Shown here: positions 26,147-32,000 of the stretch, one piece after another
Numbering within the stretch: position 1 is the first letter of the stretch
Layout: every line of letters begins with the position of its first letter
Assembly: GCF_000284455.1 (NCBI RefSeq)
Contig: NC_017039.1
Location: 2,490,001-2,522,000 of the forward strand
Length of the DNA stretch: 32,000 nucleotides
Reading direction: 5' to 3'
From: Synechocystis sp. PCC 6803 substr. PCC-P
GTDB taxonomy: Bacteria > Cyanobacteriota > Cyanobacteriia > Cyanobacteriales > Microcystaceae
Program-made: the position numbers and the translations under genes
The notes under the pieces: generated by a model
What the model was told of the DNA's origin: nothing
What the model saw: only the letters and a program-made list of their open reading frames with translations
Databases searched by the model: none

Positions 26147-29100
26147 ATGCCTATCATTCCTAGCCCCAAAGTCCTGTTAGTGGATGATCAGCGGGAAAAT
26201 CTTGTTGCTCTGTCACGGGCCCTGGATTCCCTGCCAGTGGAAATAATCACCGCTAACTCCGGCCAAGAGGCGATCGCCACCGCCGCCACCACAGAATTTG
26301 CCTTGATGATTTTGGCCCAGGAAATGTCTGAATTGGACGGGCTAAACACCGCTAAAATTCTTCGTTCTTTTCCCCTGGCTGAACAAACTCCAATTATTTT
26401 TCTAGCTCGGCAAGAAATTATCACCAAAGCAATGGCAGAAATAAATATTTTGGGGTTGGTTGACTTTCTGGCACAACCGCCTAACCAAAATTTTCTTCAG
26501 GTGAAAGCTAAACTTTATTTGCAGCTTTTCCAGCAGAAACAAACTCTGCAATACTATAATAATTACCTAGAAAGTTCAGTTAAATCTGTTCATTTTGATG
26601 TAAAAAATAATCATTCAGAACAACTCAGTGAAATAATTTTAGCCAATATTTCCGATACTGTCTTTGTCACTGATTTATCCGGAAAATTTACTTTTATTTG
26701 TTCAAATATTGATAATATCTTCGGCTATTCCTTGGCGGAAGTAAACGCCATGGGAACCGTAGAAACGCTCCTGGGTGATTTTAGATTTAACGAATATGAG
26801 TTAAAAGAAAAGGGGGAATTAAAAAATTTACGGCATGATGTTCAAGATAAACAAGGTAAAATTCATTATTTACTCATCAATCTTAAGAAAGTCGCTATTA
26901 ATGGAGGTATTTATCTTTATAGTTGTCGGGATATTTCAGAATGGGCTCGAAAGGAACAAGCCATTAGAAACAGTGAAGCCAATTTCCGAGACATTTTTGC
27001 CAGCATCAAGGACGGGCTATTGGTTTTAGATGAAGATAATTACATTTGTTATGCCAATGCCCAGGCAGTGAAACTTCTTAACTGTACTTTGGAAGAATTA
27101 GTGGGAACCATTGGCAGTCCATTGGAAGATACGGAATTTAGCTTACTAGTAGACGACGGCACTATTTACACGGTGGATGTTAGTGTAACCGAAATTACAT
27201 GGTATGGACAAACCGCAAAGCTAGTCTCTTTACGGGATATTAGCGACCGCAAACGCATGGAGAACCAATTGCGGGAAAATCAGAATAAATACTATCGTCT
27301 TTTAGAAAATCTTGACAATGGAGTAATAGTACACAATGCCAATGCCGAAATTGTTTATGCTAATCCTAAAGCAGAATCTTTCCTCGGTTTAACAGATTTA
27401 GAAGGCAGGGATATTGATGATGAATATTGGATGTTTTTTGATAAAGAAGGAGAAAAATTAGAAAAAGAGGAATTTCCTGTGGCCCAGGTTTTAGCCAACC
27501 AATCTTCCTTAAAAAATTTTGAAATGGGTATTTATCGTCCCGACACTGACCAATTACTCTGGGCGTATATTAATGCTTACCCTGAATTCTATAATGAAGA
27601 CACCATTCAGGAAATAATAGTAACTTTTTCTGATATTACTGAACGCAAGTTAGCAGAAATTCAACTAAAAACTATTAATGAAAACCTAGAAGTTCTTATT
27701 GAAGAGAGAACCAGTGAGCTGGAAAGTAGCAATAGCCAATTATTGCAGGAAATTATCGAGAAAGAACAGGTGAGTATTACCCTTACCACCCAGGAGGCAA
27801 AATATAGAGCTTTAGTCCGAGATGCCGGTGATGCAATTATTTTAATTACCATTGACTTCATTGTCCTAGAAGTCAATTATCGGGCTGTGGAGTTGAGTGG
27901 TTATGATCAAGAAGAATTAATTGGGCATTCTTTGCTTGACCTTAGGCTATTGACCCCAGAGTTTTATGCTCAACAAAGACACTTTTGGCGCACTCTTAAA
28001 AGGGAACAAATTTCCCAATTAACCGATGTCAGACTCGTAAAAAAATCTGGAGAATTAATTTCCGTTGACATTTCCGCCAGTGTAATTACCTATGAAAATC
28101 ACTCAATTGTTCAGTGCATAGTCCACGATATAACCCTCCAAAAGACCATTCAAGCCCAACTGCAACGGGAAAATTATTTTCGTCGGCAATTATTGGAAAA
28201 AATGGTGGAAGGATTATTTGTTTGTTATGAAGTTGAGCAGTTTCCCTTCCTGCAATTTACTGTGTGGAATCCGATGATGAAAAATATCACTGGCTATAGT
28301 CAAGAAGAAATCAATCAATGCGGTTGGTATGAAACTCTTTATTCCCATGGACAGCCTCAAGAGGCAGTAAGGGTGAGAATGAAGGCAGTGGCCTTAGGGG
28401 TAGATATGGTCAAGGAAGAGTGGCAAATTATCCGTCGGGATGGAGCTTTGCGTACCGTTGAAATTTCCACTGCCTTGATCACTTCAAATAATCAGACCAA
28501 TATCCTTGCGGTGATTCAAGACATAACAGATCAAAAACGACAGCTACAAATTATTCAAAATAACGAAGCTACTCTCCGTTGTATTGTGGAAAATCTGCCA
28601 ATTTTCTTTGGCATGAGAACAATAAACTTTAGTAATTGGTATTATATTAATCCATCTTTTGAAAGTTTGACGGGTTATACTCCAGATGAAATGTATGAAG
28701 ATCCCCTGCTATGGCAAAAAATTCATCGGGAAGAATATGCAGAAAATCTAGAACAGGCACGTCCTAACCTGGGGGAGTGGACTATTTTTTCTATGGAGAA
28801 AAAAGACGGCACACAAATTTGGGCGCAAACAGTAGAATCTTTAGTTGATGATCTATCAGACACTGCTCGGGTGGTGGTGTTTGGCCAAGACATTACTGAC
28901 ATTAAACGAGCGGAAATCGAAACCCTGAGATCTTTGGTCAAAGAACGGGAACTAAATGAAGCTAAAAGTCAGTTTGTTGATATTGTGTCCCACGAATTTC
29001 GTACTCCTTTAACTTCTATTATTGGTTTTGGAGAGTTATTGTCCAAATATTTTGATCGTCTTTCTACAGAGAAAAAACAACAATATATTAACAATATCCA

Positions 29101-29683
29101 AAATTCTAGCCAACGGCTGAAACAACTAATTGATGATGTGCTTTCCATTAGTCGCTATGATGCCAATAAGATAGAAATTGAGCTAGGTAACATTAACCTA
29201 AGGAACTTAGCTAACGATTTAATCGAGAATTTTAGCTGTGGCCTGGGCAGTGAACATAATTTTGAGCTTAACTACCATCTCAAGCCGGACGAACACTCCC
29301 TGGTGGATGTGAGACTACTCCGCCATATTTTGGAAAATATTTTAAGTAATGCCATTAAATATTCGGCCCCGGGTAGCACTATCACCCTAGATATTAGTAA
29401 GGATGAAGAGCATTTACTTTTCCAAGTACGGGACGAAGGCATTGGTATTCCCCTCCAGGACCAGGAAAAACTGTTTGAAGCTTTCCATCGTGCCAGCAAC
29501 GTAGGGGATATTCCCGGTACTGGTTTGGGATTGAGCATTGTTAAACGCTATGTGGAATTTCAGGGAGGGACAATCGAGGTGATATCGATGCCAGGAAAAG
29601 GGACCACAATGGTGATCAAATTGCCCCTAAACCCTGCCCCGATCATCCAGATTGCTCAGGGGGAAACCGATCGCCTGAGTTGA
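26147..29683 (+). CDS. Soluble multi-domain sensor histidine kinase: degenerate receiver + 6 PAS + HisKA + HATPase_c (possibly slr0222/Hik25, from memory)
   Basis: 1178 aa from the ATG at 26147. The receiver-like N-terminus is KVLLVDDQ...[14 protein letters not shown]. Six PAS-like modules each end in D-I-[ST]-x-x-K. The H-box is [11 protein letters not shown], the N-box [10 protein letters not shown]1 VRDEGIGIP and G2 [14 protein letters not shown]. No hydrophobic TM segments. Confidence 0.9.
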   Translation: MPIIPSPKVLLVDDQRENLVALSRALDSLPVEIITANSGQEAIATAATTEFALMILAQEMSELDGLNTAKILRSFPLAEQTPIIFLARQEIITKAMAEINILGLVDFLAQPPNQNFLQVKAKLYLQLFQQKQTLQYYNNYLESSVKSVHFDVKNNHSEQLSEIILANISDTVFVTDLSGKFTFICSNIDNIFGYSLAEVNAMGTVETLLGDFRFNEYELKEKGELKNLRHDVQDKQGKIHYLLINLKKVAINGGIYLYSCRDISEWARKEQAIRNSEANFRDIFASIKDGLLVLDEDNYICYANAQAVKLLNCTLEELVGTIGSPLEDTEFSLLVDDGTIYTVDVSVTEITWYGQTAKLVSLRDISDRKRMENQLRENQNKYYRLLENLDNGVIVHNANAEIVYANPKAESFLGLTDLEGRDIDDEYWMFFDKEGEKLEKEEFPVAQVLANQSSLKNFEMGIYRPDTDQLLWAYINAYPEFYNEDTIQEIIVTFSDITERKLAEIQLKTINENLEVLIEERTSELESSNSQLLQEIIEKEQVSITLTTQEAKYRALVRDAGDAIILITIDFIVLEVNYRAVELSGYDQEELIGHSLLDLRLLTPEFYAQQRHFWRTLKREQISQLTDVRLVKKSGELISVDISASVITYENHSIVQCIVHDITLQKTIQAQLQRENYFRRQLLEKMVEGLFVCYEVEQFPFLQFTVWNPMMKNITGYSQEEINQCGWYETLYSHGQPQEAVRVRMKAVALGVDMVKEEWQIIRRDGALRTVEISTALITSNNQTNILAVIQDITDQKRQLQIIQNNEATLRCIVENLPIFFGMRTINFSNWYYINPSFESLTGYTPDEMYEDPLLWQKIHREEYAENLEQARPNLGEWTIFSMEKKDGTQIWAQTVESLVDDLSDTARVVVFGQDITDIKRAEIETLRSLVKERELNEAKSQFVDIVSHEFRTPLTSIIGFGELLSKYFDRLSTEKKQQYINNIQNSSQRLKQLIDDVLSISRYDANKIEIELGNINLRNLANDLIENFSCGLGSEHNFELNYHLKPDEHSLVDVRLLRHILENILSNAIKYSAPGSTITLDISKDEEHLLFQVRDEGIGIPLQDQEKLFEAFHRASNVGDIPGTGLGLSIVKRYVEFQGGTIEVISMPGKGTTMVIKLPLNPAPIIQIAQGETDRLS

Positions 29684-31563
29684 GTTTCTAGATAAACCAG
29701 GAGGGCATTGATATCGGCGGGGTTAACGCCCCCAATGCGACCGGCTTGACCAATGGTGAGGGGTTGGAACTGGGTTAGTTTTTCCCTTGCTTCCATGGAT
29801 AGGGTTTCAATGGCCATGTAATTTAAGCCGGGGGGCAAACGTTTTTGGCTATGGCGGCTCACCTGTTCAATTTGGGTTTGTTGCCGCTTAATGTAGCCGG
29901 AATATTTGATTTCGATTTCCACGCTGGTTTTTTCCTCCGGTTTTAATTCCTCGTTACCCAACTGAAATTTTTCTAAATCTGGATAATGAAATCCAGGTCG
30001 TCGTAGTAACTCCGCCAGCACAATGGAGCCTTTAATTTTCTGTTGGGTATAATCAACAATTTCTTTACCCACTGCATCTTGCTCTTTGATGCGGGTACTG
30101 TACAGTCTTTCTTTTTCGGCGGTGATGTTAGCTTGTTTGGTTTGGAATAGGTCCCAACGGCGATCGTCAATTAAGCCAATTTCCCTTCCCAGAGGGGTTA
30201 ACCTTTGATCGGCATTGTCGGAACGTAAAATTAAGCGGTACTCGGAACGGCTGGTGAGCATCCGGTAGGGTTCCCGCAAATCTTTGGTGCATAAATCATC
30301 AATTAATGTACCCAGATAACTTCCCTCCCGGGAGAAGATGATCAATGATTTTCCTTGACAATGACGGGCCGCATTGATCCCCGCCACCAGACCCTGGGCC
30401 GCCGCTTCTTCATAGCCAGTGGTGCCGTTAATTTGCCCAGCACAAAATAGTCCTGCCACTTTTTTGGTCATCAAACTGGGATAACACTGGGTAGCCGGTA
30501 AAAAGTCGTATTCCACTGCGTAAGCGGGGCGCAACATGACACAATTTTCCAACCCCGGTAGAGTTTGTAGCATGGCCAATTGCACATTTTCCGGTAGCCC
30601 CGTGGAAAAACCTTGAATATACAATTCAGGAATGTCTCGACCTTCCGGCTCGATAAAAATTTGGTGACTTTCTTTGTCAGCGAAACGAACAATTTTATCT
30701 TCGATGGAAGGACAATAACGGGGCCCCTTAGAGTCAATAAAACCGCCATAAATGGGAGATAAATGGAGATTATCTTTAATTAATTGGTGGGTCTTAGCTG
30801 TTGTTCTGGTCAAATAACAATTCATTTGCTCCCGCTCTACCCACACTTCCGGGTCAAAGCTAAACCAACTTACCTGTTCATCTGGGGGTTGGGGCTCTAA
30901 TTTGTCATAATCTACCGATCGCCGATCAACCCTGGCCGGAGTTCCCGTTTTTAACCTGCCAGTTTCAAAGCCCAGTTCATTCAAAGTTTCCGTTAGGCCT
31001 ACTGCCGCAAATTCGCCGGCCCGCCCCGCTGGCATGGACTTATTACCAATCCAAATTTTGCCCCCCAGGAAAGTCCCTGTCGTAATCACCACCGACTGGG
31101 CTCCAAAGCAAGCGCCAAAGTAGGTCTGCACACCTTGAATCTCATCATTGTCCCCCAACACCAAATCCGTCACCATCCCTTCCCGAATGGATAGATTAGG
31201 TTGATTTTCAACGATATTTTTCATCACCGCCGCATATTCCCGCTTATCCGTTTGGGCCCGCAATGCCCACACCGCCGGCCCCCGGGAAATATTTAACACC
31301 CGCTTTTGCAGATAGGTACGGTCGGCCATTTTGCCAATTTCCCCCCCCAGTGCATCCACTTCATGGGTTAACTGGGATTTAGCCGGCCCTCCCACTGCAG
31401 GGTTACAGGGTTGCCAAGCAATGCGGTCTAAGTTGAGGGTTAACAGTAGGGTGCGACAGCCCAACCGAGCCGTGGCCAAGGCCGCCTCACAACCCGCATG
31501 GCCTGCCCCCACCACGATGACATCAAATTGGTCTTGGAATTCCACTGGCGATCGAAGGGTCAT
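29656..31563 (-). CDS. mnmG: tRNA uridine-5-carboxymethylaminomethyl(34) synthesis enzyme MnmG (GidA)
   Basis: 635 aa. The FAD motif is [16 protein letters not shown], followed by ...[11 protein letters not shown]..., ...[19 protein letters not shown]... and a C-terminal ...[14 protein letters not shown].... Confidence 0.95.
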   Translation of the reverse strand: MTLRSPVEFQDQFDVIVVGAGHAGCEAALATARLGCRTLLLTLNLDRIAWQPCNPAVGGPAKSQLTHEVDALGGEIGKMADRTYLQKRVLNISRGPAVWALRAQTDKREYAAVMKNIVENQPNLSIREGMVTDLVLGDNDEIQGVQTYFGACFGAQSVVITTGTFLGGKIWIGNKSMPAGRAGEFAAVGLTETLNELGFETGRLKTGTPARVDRRSVDYDKLEPQPPDEQVSWFSFDPEVWVEREQMNCYLTRTTAKTHQLIKDNLHLSPIYGGFIDSKGPRYCPSIEDKIVRFADKESHQIFIEPEGRDIPELYIQGFSTGLPENVQLAMLQTLPGLENCVMLRPAYAVEYDFLPATQCYPSLMTKKVAGLFCAGQINGTTGYEEAAAQGLVAGINAARHCQGKSLIIFSREGSYLGTLIDDLCTKDLREPYRMLTSRSEYRLILRSDNADQRLTPLGREIGLIDDRRWDLFQTKQANITAEKERLYSTRIKEQDAVGKEIVDYTQQKIKGSIVLAELLRRPGFHYPDLEKFQLGNEELKPEEKTSVEIEIKYSGYIKRQQTQIEQVSRHSQKRLPPGLNYMAIETLSMEAREKLTQFQPLTIGQAGRIGGVNPADINALLVYLETQLRRSVSP

Positions 31564-31692
31564 GGCGGCGCACTAAAATGGTAGCAGGGCTAAAAACTAT
31601 ATTTTAGTCTTTAGTTCAACTTTTAGAGAATTAAACTGAATTTCAGACAAATATTAACTAATTGACTTGTTATGGCATTATTAGCCTAATTT

Positions 31693-32000
31693 ATGGATCA
31701 TTTATTTTGGATTTATATACTTGTATTTTTTGCTATTATTTTGTTTAGATATTTTCTAATTGCGGGGGGAACCTATGCTTTTTTTTACTCCCCTTGGGGT
31801 CAATCGTTACTTAAGAACCATTTACCCATTAATATTCCCTCTTCGCAATCAATTCGCAAAGATATAAAACTTTCCATAATTTCAGCAATTATTTTTGCCC
31901 TGGCAGGGGCATTTATTTTGTCGAGCTATGGCGGAAAAATGAATCGTTTATACGTCGATCCATACCAACACGGACTTTGGTATCTGGGAATAAGTTACGT
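31693..32000 (+). CDS. N-terminal part of a fatty-acid-hydroxylase / sterol-desaturase-family membrane protein (runs off the 3' edge)
   Basis: Hand translation from the ATG at 31693 gives MDHLFWIYILVFFAIILFRYFLIAGGTYAFFYSPWGQSLLKNHLPINIPSSQSIRKDIKLSIISAIIFALAGAFIL..., with no stop before the window end. The hydrophobic N-terminus is typical of the family. The His boxes would lie beyond the window. This ORF is not in the supplied track. Confidence 0.5.
   Translation, partial: MDHLFWIYILVFFAIILFRYFLIAGGTYAFFYSPWGQSLLKNHLPINIPSSQSIRKDIKLSIISAIIFALAGAFILSSYGGKMNRLYVDPYQHGLWYLGISY

Larger units (their letters stand above)
1277..26277. repeat. Dispersed HIP1 octamer palindrome GCGATCGC, 27 copies by manual scan (first at 1277-1284, last at 26270-26277)
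   Basis: I scanned every line by eye for GCGATCGC and found 27 exact copies. About 0.5 would be expected for a random octamer in 32 kb at equal base frequencies. About 21 further CGATCG cores lack the flanking G/C. Confidence 0.9.

Noticed and set aside
1-32000. Search for CRISPR arrays, IS elements or transposases, integrases, rRNA, and tandem repeats longer than 20 bp.
   Set aside because: None was seen by eye on either strand. The only dispersed repeat recognised is the HIP1 octamer.

Overview
Cyanobacterial chromosomal window. The gene order, the proteins and the very high density of the HIP1 octamer GCGATCGC match my memory of Synechocystis sp. PCC 6803 (roughly sll0008 to slr0224); I cannot verify this without a search. 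By my calls there are 24 protein genes (2 run off the window edges, 1 is speculative) and one tRNA-Ser(CGA). About 3 kb (about 9%) is intergenic. Most genes are housekeeping: class-I aminotransferase, ABC1/UbiB kinase, recG, sppA, class-A PBP, guaA, uppP, cobU, a sugar-1-P nucleotidyltransferase, glyS, trmFO and mnmG. Notable content: (1) The tandem aar-ado pair, the two-enzyme cyanobacterial alkane pathway, already described in 2010. A strong intrinsic terminator sits between the two genes, so they are probably separate transcription units. (2) An orphan Dcm-type m5C DNA methyltransferase with no nuclease partner. The window holds 27 HIP1 copies by my manual scan, all inside CDSs, with an 18:9:0 reading-frame bias. 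(3) An AT-rich, HIP1-free vapBC toxin-antitoxin cassette wedged between glyS and trmFO. (4) A soluble 1178-aa histidine kinase with a receiver-like N-terminal domain in which the phospho-acceptor Asp and the conserved Thr and Lys are all substituted. Six PAS modules follow it, and the gene lies in an AT-rich, HIP1-free block flanked by the paralogous tRNA-modification genes trmFO and mnmG. (5) Uncharacterised items: a Cys-rich 140-aa ORF, a possible 63-aa two-helix membrane ORF with a good promoter, an usher-like outer-membrane protein fragment next to a secreted protein, and a Uma2-family nuclease. I found no CRISPR array, IS or transposase, rRNA or prophage. I see no convincing wholly new multi-gene system, and the candidates for undescribed biology carry modest scores. 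All domain calls are motif recognition by eye.
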